From assembly GCA_043816305.1 (NCBI GenBank), contig JBDRHZ010000023.1, forward strand, positions 7,720 through 71,719: 64,000 nt of DNA. Reading direction: 5' to 3'. A program made the position numbers and the translations under genes. Below, one piece after another: positions 35,145-44,692 of the stretch. The notes under the pieces are model-generated. The model did not search any database and was not told the origin of the DNA. It worked only from the letters and a program-made list of their open reading frames with translations. This DNA comes from Patescibacteria group bacterium (lineage in GTDB: Bacteria; Patescibacteriota; Dojkabacteria; JAHIVN01). Numbering within the stretch: position 1 is the first letter of the stretch; every line of letters begins with the position of its first letter.

Positions 35145-36722
35145 ATGACAAAAAAGAAAGAAACCAAAAAAGAATATAATCTTGTCAGGCCACCAGTAGT
35201 AACGTTTCTGGGACACGTAGATCATGGCAAAACTTCAATTCTTGATGCCATCCGAGGGACAAGGCTTCAGGTATGTGAAGCTGGTGGCATCACGCAAAAT
35301 ATTCGTGCTCATCAGATAGAATACAAAGCAAAGACAGGAACAGCATACAAGATAACTTTCATAGATACCCCGGGACACGAGGCATTCTCAGAAATGCGAT
35401 CGCGAGGAGCAAATGTCACCGATATTGTTGTACTTGTCGTTGCTGTTGATGACGGCGTCAAGCCTCAAACAAAAGAAGCTATTTCATTTGCAAAAGAATC
35501 CAAGGTCCCAATTATTGTTGCTATAAACAAAGTAGACTTGAAGGGTCATGACCTAGCAAAGATAAAAAGAGAACTTTCAACTGCAGGTGTACAGGCAGAA
35601 GACCTGGGAGGTAATGTAATGTTTGTTAAAGTTTCCGCAAAGAAAAAAACCGGACTGGATCAGCTAATTGAAACAATACTGCTTGTCGCCGAAATGCAGG
35701 AATTAAAAATGCAAAAGCCTAAAGAAGGTATTGCTGAAGCGGTCGTTCTAGAATCAACTACAGACAAATCACAAGGACCAATCAGCCTTTGTCTTGTCAA
35801 GTCTGGGGAAATAAGCATCGGAAATTATGTGGGGTGGGAAGATAAATGTGCGACGATAAGAGCCCTCAAGAATGAAACTTTCTGCAGTCAGGAGAAAGCT
35901 CAAGTGTCTGATCCTGTGTGGATATCCGGCTTTCAAAAAGAAATCCCTATAGGCGTCAAACTTGTTTTTTATCCAAACCAATCAGATGTTAAAGCGATAA
36001 AGAATGAGGCCAGTGAAACTCCGGATGAAGAGAAAGAACTAAGCGAAGTACTGGATGAAGATATCCTGTCGCAACTGCTTGAGGCAAAAACTGATGAAGA
36101 CGACATAATAGAACTAAACATTGTTATAAAATCAGAAAGCCAGGGAACTCTTGAAGTTGCACTCAAAGAGCTGCAAAAGGTTTCCTCAGATGACGTTGCG
36201 ATTAAAATTCTCCACTCAGGAACAGGCGAAATTACAGAAGATGACATCCTGAAGGCAAAGAACGCTAAAGGAATAGTGATAGGATTCAAATCAAAAATTG
36301 CAAGTAAAAATCAGAAAATTGCAAAACAAGAAAAGGTATTGGTCAGGAATTATGAAATCATTTACGAGTTAATCGATGAAGTAGCTGACGTTTTAGAAAG
36401 CATGAAAGAACCTGTAGAAATTGAGGTTGAGATAGCTAGAGCAAAGGTCCTCAAAACATTTGAACTTTCAAACGGATCTATGATTGCAGGCTGTAAAGTT
36501 TTGAAAGGTACAATTCTAAAGGGCTACCGCTGCTATGCAGAAAGGTTATCGGATAAAGAAAAAGCTCGTGTTGGAGAAGGGAAAATTACTTCCATAAGAC
36601 ATAATAAAGATGAAGTGAAGGAAACTCATAAAGGCTCAGAATGCGGGATTTTGCTTGAGCCACAAATTGACCTCGAAAAAGATGACGAGATAGTTTGTTT
36701 TAAAATTGAAAAATCTCAATAG
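35145..36722 (+). CDS. infB: Translation initiation factor IF-2 (short form; the G domain starts at about residue 15)
   Basis: [23 protein letters not shown] (G1), DTPGHEAF (G3), NKVD (G4), then the C-terminal beta-barrel domains. Only 525 aa. Confidence 0.93.
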   Translation: MTKKKETKKEYNLVRPPVVTFLGHVDHGKTSILDAIRGTRLQVCEAGGITQNIRAHQIEYKAKTGTAYKITFIDTPGHEAFSEMRSRGANVTDIVVLVVAVDDGVKPQTKEAISFAKESKVPIIVAINKVDLKGHDLAKIKRELSTAGVQAEDLGGNVMFVKVSAKKKTGLDQLIETILLVAEMQELKMQKPKEGIAEAVVLESTTDKSQGPISLCLVKSGEISIGNYVGWEDKCATIRALKNETFCSQEKAQVSDPVWISGFQKEIPIGVKLVFYPNQSDVKAIKNEASETPDEEKELSEVLDEDILSQLLEAKTDEDDIIELNIVIKSESQGTLEVALKELQKVSSDDVAIKILHSGTGEITEDDILKAKNAKGIVIGFKSKIASKNQKIAKQEKVLVRNYEIIYELIDEVADVLESMKEPVEIEVEIARAKVLKTFELSNGSMIAGCKVLKGTILKGYRCYAERLSDKEKARVGEGKITSIRHNKDEVKETHKGSECGILLEPQIDLEKDDEIVCFKIEKSQ

Positions 36723-36935
36723 CCGTGTGGTACAGGAATTTGAATAGCTAAGTACACTTTTCAATTATTATTCTTATCATTCGCCACTGCGTAACGCTTA
36801 GCGGGACTGCGTTAAGCTAGCACTTCAAACCAAGGAACAAGCGGAACAGGCTTAACTTGACTTTTCGGCCTAAATAAGGCATTATTACAGATAGACCTGT
36901 ACTTTTCTGCCCCAGTTATCAAATTTTAAGATTCC

Positions 36936-38225
36936 ATGTTGAAGGACATTGTTAAATCAGCAAAAAACATTCTTATTCTCCTTCCTGAAGCATTCTGCTT
37001 TGATACAGTATGCGCAGCGTATGGCTTGGCTCAGACACTACTTGAGCAAAAGTTTAAGGTAACTATCGGATCTTCTAGAGAAATTCCCAAAGAGTTTGAG
37101 AGAATTCTCAACAAGCCTGCAATTCAAAAAACTAATGAGCTTCAAAAAAAAGAAGTAATCCTAAGTCTTAATCTCAGAAAAGGCACAGTCGAATCTGTAA
37201 AGTGGAGAGAAGCTGCTGACAGAATCCAATTTGTCATTACTCCAGAGGTTGGTGATTTCGAGTATAACGATGTAGATCTAGAAACAACAGGGGGCATATA
37301 TGACCTATTTATCACGATAGGAAGCAGTACGTTGGAATCGCTTGGCCAGATCTTCTCAAAGAATCCTGAGGCTTATGCTGATGTCAAAATCGTAAATATT
37401 GACATAAACCCCAAGAATACAAAGTACGGAAACGTGCAAGTAATAAGAGAATCAAAGTCACTTTCAAACTTGACCCTCGAGTTAATAGAAGAAAACGGCT
37501 GGGAAGTTAACAAGGATGTGATACAAACGTTATTTCAAGGAATTTTCTGGTCGAATGAAGGGTTCCGAAAAGATAATGATCTGGAACAGGCTGTTAAGAC
37601 TCTAGTCTCGAGGAACTTAAGTCTGGTTGAAGTGGTATCGGGAATGTTTGACTCAATTTCGGTTGCAGAACTCCGCTATCTAGGAAAGATAATATCAAAT
37701 CTCAAAATATTTTCAGATGACTTAGTCGTATCCAGGATACCAGCAAAAGACATACAGGGCGTAAACCTAGATAGAATTCTTTATCCTGAAATCAATATTG
37801 TTTCTCGGGTTAAGGGTCAAAGAGCCGTAATTATCCTATCAGAATATGAGCCTCAGAAAATGCAGGTTCGCATTTACTCGAAACAAGTTGATGTTTTTCA
37901 ATTGTTTGCCGAATTCTCACCAGTAGGTAACTCGCAAAGAGTGTTGTTCCAGCTCGATGGAAATCTTGACGAATCCGAGAAGAAGTTATTAGAGAAATTC
38001 AGTCGTCCCTCAATTACTGATACTAAATTACCTGAAGCCAAGAAAGAGCCGATCAGCATACCAGATACCGATAAGCAAAAATCAAAACCCGAGCCGCTAA
38101 AAAAAGCCGCAAGACTTCCACAGGCTATCGAAGCCCCTCCGATAACACCTATGCAGCCTCAACAAGCAGGACCTTTCCCTTCACAAGTCCCAACCCAGCC
38201 TCTTCAGCCAAGTCAATGGAGATAA
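36936..38225 (+). CDS. Hypothetical protein, possibly a degenerate DHH/NrnA-like fold with a P/Q-rich C-terminal tail
   Basis: Its position after infB and the N-terminus NILILLPEAFCFDTVCAAYGLAQTL resemble NrnA-type proteins, but the DHH residues are absent. The tail is ...PQAIEAPPITPMQPQQAGPFPSQVPTQPLQPSQW. Confidence 0.35.
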   Translation: MLKDIVKSAKNILILLPEAFCFDTVCAAYGLAQTLLEQKFKVTIGSSREIPKEFERILNKPAIQKTNELQKKEVILSLNLRKGTVESVKWREAADRIQFVITPEVGDFEYNDVDLETTGGIYDLFITIGSSTLESLGQIFSKNPEAYADVKIVNIDINPKNTKYGNVQVIRESKSLSNLTLELIEENGWEVNKDVIQTLFQGIFWSNEGFRKDNDLEQAVKTLVSRNLSLVEVVSGMFDSISVAELRYLGKIISNLKIFSDDLVVSRIPAKDIQGVNLDRILYPEINIVSRVKGQRAVIILSEYEPQKMQVRIYSKQVDVFQLFAEFSPVGNSQRVLFQLDGNLDESEKKLLEKFSRPSITDTKLPEAKKEPISIPDTDKQKSKPEPLKKAARLPQAIEAPPITPMQPQQAGPFPSQVPTQPLQPSQWR

Positions 38226-38303
38226 CAAAGAAATGTAAATGTTAAGTTCAGAATAAAATAAGTGGATTAAGCCTCCTACTGATTTAAAAAAGTTTGAAAG
38301 AAC

Positions 38304-40535
38304 CTACTCTACCGGTTCTTCCTCAGAATTTTTTCCTCCTCTGAGAAATTCTTCCGCATCGAAGACCAGTATTTTTCTAGGCTTGCTGCCCTCCTGATCA
38401 CCGACAACGCCAACTTTATATAGCTCATCGAGCAGGCGTGCTGCTCTATTATAACCAATACTCAGTTTCCGCTGTAACAGTGAAGCCGAACCTTTTTTGG
38501 CACTGCAGACTATTCTCACAGCATCTGCAAAATGCTCATCGTCTGAGAATTTGACCGATTCAACGGCAGATGGAGAAGCCCCTGGGTCAGTTTGTTTCTC
38601 AGTTACATCGGAAGCGTAATGTACTTCTTTTGCTTGAGACTTGATAAATCTTACTACTCTTCCAATCTCATCTTGAGAAACCCAGATACCCTGTAGCCTA
38701 TACGGCCTTGCTTTATCCGGTTCTTTAAAGAGCATATCACCTGCTCCAAGCAAAGTTTCGGCACCGGACTGATCGAGGATAACCCTTGAGTCAACCTGCG
38801 TTGCTACACTCATACCAACTCTGCCGGGGATATTTGCTTTAATGAGTCCAGTCAACACATCAACCGAAGGTCTCTGCGTTGCAAGTAAAAGATGAAGTCC
38901 AGTTGCCCTGGCTTTTTGTGCAAGTTTGACAATTGCGATCTCTACTTCAGCACCGCAGGAAAGCATCAAATCTGCCATTTCGTCTATTATTATAATGATA
39001 TAAGGCATAGCTGAGTATCCCATTTTCTCGTTGTATCCAGCAATATTCCTCACTTTCGCCAGACGGAAAATCGTGTAACGCTTCTCCATTTCAAGGATCG
39101 CCCACTTGAGAGAGTTGAGCACTTTCTGCATATCTGTTATGACTGGAGTCAACAGATGCGGGATTCCATCATAGTCTGAGAGCTCAACCTGTTTTGGATC
39201 TACCATGATCATTCTCACTTCGTCAGGAGTTCTTTTCATCAAAAAGCTTATGATAAATCCATTCGTCAGAACTGATTTACCAGAGCCGGTAGCTCCAGCG
39301 ATCAATAGATGAGGCATTTTCTGTAAATCAGAAACAACATTTTTTCCATTGATCCGCTTTCCCACACAGACCGGAAGAAGCATATGATTATCCTTCATCT
39401 CAACTGATTCCATGAGTTCACGTATAGAAACTGTCTCCCGCTTTGAGTTTGGTATCTCGATTCCTATATAACTTGTTCCTGGGATTGGGGCCTCTATTCT
39501 GACCGCACCTGTGGGTGCAGCTAGCGCCAGCGCAAGATCAGTTTTGAGGTTTGAGATTTTCGCGGCCCTTTGTCCGAGGGCAAGATTTACAGCATATTGG
39601 GAAACAGTAGGTCCGACCAATGCGTCTACGACTTTTGCCTTTACACCAAAGCTCTGTAAAGTCTGCTCTATAATGTCCGCATTTTTCTGTACATTTCCGT
39701 CCTGCTTGGAACTTTTCACTGCTGGAGACAGGAGGCTTGTCGGAGGAAGCTTCCAACTCTTGTAGTTCAAGGATTTGTTTACAAGAGCCCCCTCGAGAAC
39801 TTCTTCCCTTATGTTCACTTTTGCCTTGACGGCCGACTGATCTCTATTGGGTTCGGATTCCTCTTTTGCCTCATTCTCTCGATTCTCTTCCTCTGCCGCC
39901 TTAGCTGCATCATCTTTCCTGAAATCCCCTACCATCTTTTCCTCGCCTGCCGTTCCTTCCGTCTTATCTGCATCAGCTTCCTTATGTTCTTTTACTTTTT
40001 GGTTGACCCCTTTGATCGCATCTATAATTTTCTTGATCGCGGTAAATATTTGCTGAATCATTTGTCCTATAGACACTCCGAAAGTTAGAGAAGCGGCAAC
40101 TACCAAAAGAAAGAAAATGATGATGATGGAACCCTCATGAGCAAAAATGTCGATCAAGTATTTGTGAGCAAATTCGTAACCCAGCACTCCTCCGCCTTCG
40201 CCTCTACTTGCAAGTTCAAACCCCTCATCAAGATCAATTAAGTAATGCAGCAAAGCTGAAGTGCCGATAAACGCTAATACTTGTCCAACAAGCGAGCTCG
40301 TTTTTGAAAGAATGTATTCGACCCTGAACATTCTGAGTGAAAGATTTGAAAAAAAGATAAACCCTACGATGGTTGCTCCCCCAAAAAATTTCTTTATAAA
40401 GTCTAACCCCGGTGAATCTACGAAATAGCTGAGAGCAAACAGCGATGCTACGATTAGACTAAGAATACCGATAACATTCTTTGTTTCATCGCTTTTTATT
40501 GTTATGTGTTTACTTCGGCCTCTTCTTCTAGCCAT
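38304..40535 (-). CDS. ftsK: DNA translocase FtsK
   Basis: N-terminal TM helices, an acidic linker, and a motor domain with HLLIAGATGSGKS (Walker A), IIIIDEMADL (Walker B) and LLATQRPSVDV. The C-terminal gamma-like winged helix is SASLLQRKLSIGYNRAARLLDEL. Confidence 0.95.
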   Translation of the reverse strand: MARRRGRSKHITIKSDETKNVIGILSLIVASLFALSYFVDSPGLDFIKKFFGGATIVGFIFFSNLSLRMFRVEYILSKTSSLVGQVLAFIGTSALLHYLIDLDEGFELASRGEGGGVLGYEFAHKYLIDIFAHEGSIIIIFFLLVVAASLTFGVSIGQMIQQIFTAIKKIIDAIKGVNQKVKEHKEADADKTEGTAGEEKMVGDFRKDDAAKAAEEENRENEAKEESEPNRDQSAVKAKVNIREEVLEGALVNKSLNYKSWKLPPTSLLSPAVKSSKQDGNVQKNADIIEQTLQSFGVKAKVVDALVGPTVSQYAVNLALGQRAAKISNLKTDLALALAAPTGAVRIEAPIPGTSYIGIEIPNSKRETVSIRELMESVEMKDNHMLLPVCVGKRINGKNVVSDLQKMPHLLIAGATGSGKSVLTNGFIISFLMKRTPDEVRMIMVDPKQVELSDYDGIPHLLTPVITDMQKVLNSLKWAILEMEKRYTIFRLAKVRNIAGYNEKMGYSAMPYIIIIIDEMADLMLSCGAEVEIAIVKLAQKARATGLHLLLATQRPSVDVLTGLIKANIPGRVGMSVATQVDSRVILDQSGAETLLGAGDMLFKEPDKARPYRLQGIWVSQDEIGRVVRFIKSQAKEVHYASDVTEKQTDPGASPSAVESVKFSDDEHFADAVRIVCSAKKGSASLLQRKLSIGYNRAARLLDELYKVGVVGDQEGSKPRKILVFDAEEFLRGGKNSEEEPVE

Positions 40536-40672
40536 ATCAACTTGAAATATAAAATCAACATTACCGGCTAATAATAGCAGTAAATCGAATCATAGACAAG
40601 AAAAGAAATAAGAAAAAAGATATTGTAAAAGAATCATATTTGCACTATTATATAATATATTCTGAAAATACT

Positions 40673-43030
40673 ATGAACAAATTCAAAAAAATTATCCCAG
40701 CCGTTTTTATCGTATTTGGTATGACGATTACTGCCTTGACTGCATACTACATCCAGTATCAGCAGGAACTTCGTTCGAGTGCAGCAATCCCCGAGACGAT
40801 ATATGTTCGGCAGACTTGTGACCCGACAGATCCGGAATGCGCTGTTACTGTAAACGATGCCTTGGGCCGGGTTCACGACGGATGGACTATTCAGATAGAA
40901 ATTCCGGTATATGATGATATGGCTATCATAAGTCCTGACTATTTGAATCCGGATCTTTTAGACGATAATCCTCATGAATTTACTATCAGGGGAAAAGGAG
41001 TAGATCAGACTACATGGAAAATGACTCTCGAAGGTGTTGGAAACGGACATACAGTTCACATAGAGAGATTAAATAAAATAACCATAAATTTTAAGGATAT
41101 TACCTTTGACAGTGACACTTTTGTCAACAGCACTATCCACATATACGGACATAACACAAATGGAGGACAGGATCCCAACCCAAATACCGACTGCACTTTC
41201 AATTTTGAGAACATAAAGGTCTTGAATAGCAAAGCTGCCGGAATATACTTCAGCGGAGAAAATTCCGGAAGTGTTAAAAGCTCCTACTTTTCGAACAACG
41301 AATGGCCGGGTGTTTCAGTACATGGGAATGGAAAGGTCACAATTGAAGACAGTAAATTCGAGAATCATCAACATCAGGGTATCGATGCCAGGGATAATGC
41401 TTTTGTCGCTATAAAGACAAGTGAATTCTCAGGAAATAATATTAAAGAAGAAGATTACACAAAAGGTGCAATTTATTTCTATCAAAATTCCGAGGGAAGT
41501 ATATTATCAAATAAAATCCAGAATAATGCATTTGGTATAATTCTTAGTGGTGACTCCAAGGTACAAATTACAGATAATATTATCAAAAGCAATCACAAAT
41601 GTGGAATATACATAACTTCTAATTCGAATGTAGGCATTGTAGGGAATCAGATATCTGAGAATACTGATTTTGGAGTACAGGGGGATGGAAATGTATTGGC
41701 TGTAATAAAAAACAACCTTGTGTACAATAATACAAAAACTGGTATTAAAATTTTTGACAATACTATTACCCAATTAATTAATAATAATGCAGTGGGTAAC
41801 GGAGGACACGGGATAGACTTGCTTGATAATGTCAAAGGCACAGTCCTCAATAACATAAGTGCTTTCAATGAAGAAGGTGGTATCAGGGCAGCTACACAAA
41901 GCAACTTTACGAGCCTTGAATACAACCTCGCTTTCGGGAATGCTGGAGGCGACTGGAACAATTTCTCCGACTGGCCGCCGGCTACAAATTTGACAGTTGA
42001 TCCAAAATTTGTTAATCAGAATGATTATCATCTCCAGACAGGTTCGCCTGCTATCGATGCAGGACACCCCGATGCTGATTACAACGACCCTGACGGCTCG
42101 AAAAATGATATTGGTGCTTATGGAGGTCCGGGTGCCTGCAATCTAGATCCTGATCTTCCAGGTTGTTTAGCTGTCTGTACTCCCCAGTGTGATGGTAAAG
42201 AATGCGGCGATGACGGGTGCGGAGGAACTTGCCCTTTTGGATGTTCAAATGATCATGGCTCTACTCAATGCGATTCCGGTCTTTGCAATCCTACATGTGA
42301 CGCTGACTGGGGTAACTGTGACGGCATCAATCCCAACGGCTGCGAAACTGATCTATTGAACTCAAACAGCCACTGCGGTCAGTGCGGTAATGCCTGTGGA
42401 GCTGGACAAACCTGTCAAACGGGCACTTGTGTAGATATCTCATGTACTACTGACGAAGAATGCAAGCCCGACTGTTCCGGAGTAAAGCGAGCACCATATA
42501 TGTGTGACACAGCTCTCAGTATTTGTGTTTTTGGTGACCCGCTTGTCTGTGATAAAGAATGCGGTGCAGAATGTACTGCAGATAGTGACTGTAGTGATGA
42601 TAAAGTTTGTGATACAAGCAATTGTACCTGCAAGATTCCTCCAATGAAATGTGCCCAAAACAGTGACTGTGATGACGAGAACGACTGTACGATAGATACT
42701 TGCAATATTCTCTCCGGTGTCTGCTCGAATACATCTCTGCCGGATGGTACTATCTGTTCCTCCTGCGAAGGGGACAACTGCAAGTGTGACGATGGTATCT
42801 GCAAAGAGCCTTCATCTGCCGATTGTTCTATAGCTGATATCTGGGGTGAGGAAAGTAAACCTGACGGCAAAGTCAGTGCTCATGACCTCTCCCTCATACT
42901 TGCTAACTGGAAGTGGCAGAAGACTCCAAAGGATGTGCAGACTGACATCTGGGGAGAGGCTGATAAGCCGGATGGAATGGTAAACGCATATGACTTGTCA
43001 AAAGTTCTAGGCTGCTGGACGAAGCACTAA
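40673..43030 (+). CDS. Secreted parallel beta-helix (PbH1-repeat) protein with Cys-rich modules and a C-terminal dockerin-like twin-segment tail
   Basis: Start MNKFKKIIPAVFIVFGMTITALTA. Repeated ..I.NN.. beta-helix turns (SGNNIK.., ILSNKIQNNAFGI.., ITDNIIKSNHKCGIYI.., IVGNQISENTDFGV.., IKNNLVYNNTKTGI..). Then DPKFVN..DYHLQTGSPAIDAG...DIGAYGG, CGDDGCGGTC and further Cys-rich modules. The tail is CSIADIWGEESKPDGKVSAHDLSLILANWKWQKTPKDVQTDIWGEADKPDGMVNAYDLSKVLGCWTKH. Confidence 0.8.
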   Translation: MNKFKKIIPAVFIVFGMTITALTAYYIQYQQELRSSAAIPETIYVRQTCDPTDPECAVTVNDALGRVHDGWTIQIEIPVYDDMAIISPDYLNPDLLDDNPHEFTIRGKGVDQTTWKMTLEGVGNGHTVHIERLNKITINFKDITFDSDTFVNSTIHIYGHNTNGGQDPNPNTDCTFNFENIKVLNSKAAGIYFSGENSGSVKSSYFSNNEWPGVSVHGNGKVTIEDSKFENHQHQGIDARDNAFVAIKTSEFSGNNIKEEDYTKGAIYFYQNSEGSILSNKIQNNAFGIILSGDSKVQITDNIIKSNHKCGIYITSNSNVGIVGNQISENTDFGVQGDGNVLAVIKNNLVYNNTKTGIKIFDNTITQLINNNAVGNGGHGIDLLDNVKGTVLNNISAFNEEGGIRAATQSNFTSLEYNLAFGNAGGDWNNFSDWPPATNLTVDPKFVNQNDYHLQTGSPAIDAGHPDADYNDPDGSKNDIGAYGGPGACNLDPDLPGCLAVCTPQCDGKECGDDGCGGTCPFGCSNDHGSTQCDSGLCNPTCDADWGNCDGINPNGCETDLLNSNSHCGQCGNACGAGQTCQTGTCVDISCTTDEECKPDCSGVKRAPYMCDTALSICVFGDPLVCDKECGAECTADSDCSDDKVCDTSNCTCKIPPMKCAQNSDCDDENDCTIDTCNILSGVCSNTSLPDGTICSSCEGDNCKCDDGICKEPSSADCSIADIWGEESKPDGKVSAHDLSLILANWKWQKTPKDVQTDIWGEADKPDGMVNAYDLSKVLGCWTKH
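42824..43027 (+). other. Dockerin-like 68-aa tail module, copy 1
   Basis: Two segments DIWG-x3-KPDGKV-x-A-[HY]-DLS-x-[IV]L separated by an 11-aa linker, bracketed by a Cys at position 1 and GCW near the end. Confidence 0.6.
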
Positions 43031-43084
43031 TCTTCTAGTTGTAATGCTACTGGAAATATCCTATCATTTCTATCGTTAGTATGT

Positions 43085-44635
43085 ATGATCCTGAAAAAAC
43101 TGGGGAAAGTCATAATTATATTCACTATTGTTATTGGAACTAGCATATCGGTTTATTCTGTGATGTCTGACAAGAGCCTTGACATTCGAGATAAGGCTGC
43201 AACAGATATTCCCTCAGTTGATTGTCCGTCAGGTAAAAAATGTGTTGCACTCATCATTGGGAAGATTGCTTACGAACAAGTACAGCCTAGTATTGACCAG
43301 TTTATCAAAGATGCAGAAGCACGAGAAGAAATAAAAATCTTTCTTTTAAATGATAATTCCTACGAGAACTATACCCCTGAACAAATTAGAGACGTTTTGA
43401 TAGATTATTATAATAACAAGAGTATTCAAGGGGCAATACTTGTTGGAAGAATTCCCTATTCGCTTTGGGAAAATGGATGGGATGAGAATAAGGGAGTCAA
43501 TAGTTTCTTCTACGAAGATTTGGATGGAAGCTGGTATGATAATGACTCTGATGGTTATTATGACTATCATACTTGGGGAACAAATGACGGTCCTGAAATT
43601 TGGGTCTCATGGATTTATCCTTCTGATGTTTCCCCTACTCAAAACACTAAGGATTTGACCTACTTCTTCTCCAAAACACATGACTATTATACAGGAAACA
43701 TCCAATACAATGAAAGGTCATTGATTATGCTTCACACTGACTGGTCCCAAGATATGGATTTTTATTACGAAAAAATTTCAGATATTTATGGACCAGAAGT
43801 TGATACCAGGGGAGGGTTTGATTCCTCTGGGAACAGGATTGAAGTTGATGGGCTTGAATACCTTTCACTAATTAAAAATCCGTACCAGATGACGCTATTA
43901 TATGTGCATGGCGACAATAACACTCATTATCCAAATATTAACCACATAAAAAAGGAAAAATTAGAACAAAATGGAGGCGGATCAATAATCACATTTATTG
44001 GAGGCTGCCATACAGGAGATCTATTGGAATCTAAACAAGATATCCCTATCGCCGAGACTTATCTTTTCAGAATGCCAATTGGATTAGTTTCAACAGCAAC
44101 TACTTGGTCATACGGCCCAGAAGAATTACAAGAGGTGACTGAGGCTCTAAATGAGAATATTAATTTTGCAGATGCATGGTTCAGTAAACAAACGTACCGA
44201 AACAATAGTACATTCTACAAAAAAAGATATGGTGATGATTTTGATCCAAACATTCATATGTTCGGAGAAATTCTTTTTGGGAACCCACTCATTAAGCTGA
44301 ATGAACCGAGTTGCATTCCAAACTGCCAAGAGAAGACATGTGGGGATGATGGTTGCAGAGGAAACTGTGGTAACTGCATTTCAGATGAAATCTGTAGTGA
44401 AAATGTCTGTATTCCAAAGAAAACAACATGTTCTGTTGCGGATATATGGGGACCAAAAAAGAAGCCTGATAACAAAATTGACGCATATGACCTTTCACTA
44501 CTTCTCGCTAACTGGAAATGGAAGAAGTCTCCAAAAGATAAACAGGCTGATATCTGGGGAGCTGCTGATAAGCCTGATGCGAAAGTAAATTCTTACGATT
44601 TGTCAAAAGTATTAGGCTGCTGGACGAAACACTAA
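43085..44635 (+). CDS. Secreted clan-CD (gingipain/C25-like) cysteine peptidase candidate with a dockerin-like tail
   Basis: Signal/TM peptide VIIIFTIVIGTSISVYS. LLYVHGDNN (His at codon 275, nt 43907) and ITFIGGCHTGD (Cys at codon 308, nt 44006) form a His-Gly ... hydrophobic strand-Cys arrangement 33 residues apart. Then CGDDGCRGNCGNC. The tail is CSVADIWGPKKKPDNKIDAYDLSLLLANWKWKKSPKDKQADIWGAADKPDAKVNSYDLSKVLGCWTKH. Confidence 0.6.
   Translation: MILKKLGKVIIIFTIVIGTSISVYSVMSDKSLDIRDKAATDIPSVDCPSGKKCVALIIGKIAYEQVQPSIDQFIKDAEAREEIKIFLLNDNSYENYTPEQIRDVLIDYYNNKSIQGAILVGRIPYSLWENGWDENKGVNSFFYEDLDGSWYDNDSDGYYDYHTWGTNDGPEIWVSWIYPSDVSPTQNTKDLTYFFSKTHDYYTGNIQYNERSLIMLHTDWSQDMDFYYEKISDIYGPEVDTRGGFDSSGNRIEVDGLEYLSLIKNPYQMTLLYVHGDNNTHYPNINHIKKEKLEQNGGGSIITFIGGCHTGDLLESKQDIPIAETYLFRMPIGLVSTATTWSYGPEELQEVTEALNENINFADAWFSKQTYRNNSTFYKKRYGDDFDPNIHMFGEILFGNPLIKLNEPSCIPNCQEKTCGDDGCRGNCGNCISDEICSENVCIPKKTTCSVADIWGPKKKPDNKIDAYDLSLLLANWKWKKSPKDKQADIWGAADKPDAKVNSYDLSKVLGCWTKH
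44429..44632 (+). other. Dockerin-like 68-aa tail module, copy 2
   Basis: Same twin-segment architecture and same length as copies 1 and 3. Confidence 0.6.
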
Positions 44636-44692
44636 AGCCAGTTGTAAAACCTCTGGAAATATTCTATTATTCAATAGATCAGAAAGATAATC

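Noticed and set aside
42415-42870. Long antisense ORFs inside the display-locus genes (151 aa at 42415-42870, 147 aa at 45925-46368, and others at 41507-42248 and 44147-44498)
   Set aside because: They lie entirely within, and opposite to, much longer ORFs that have clear domain content. Their sequences are low-complexity mirrors (S/Q/L/H-rich) of the Cys/Asp/Gly-rich sense frames. They show no start context or motifs.
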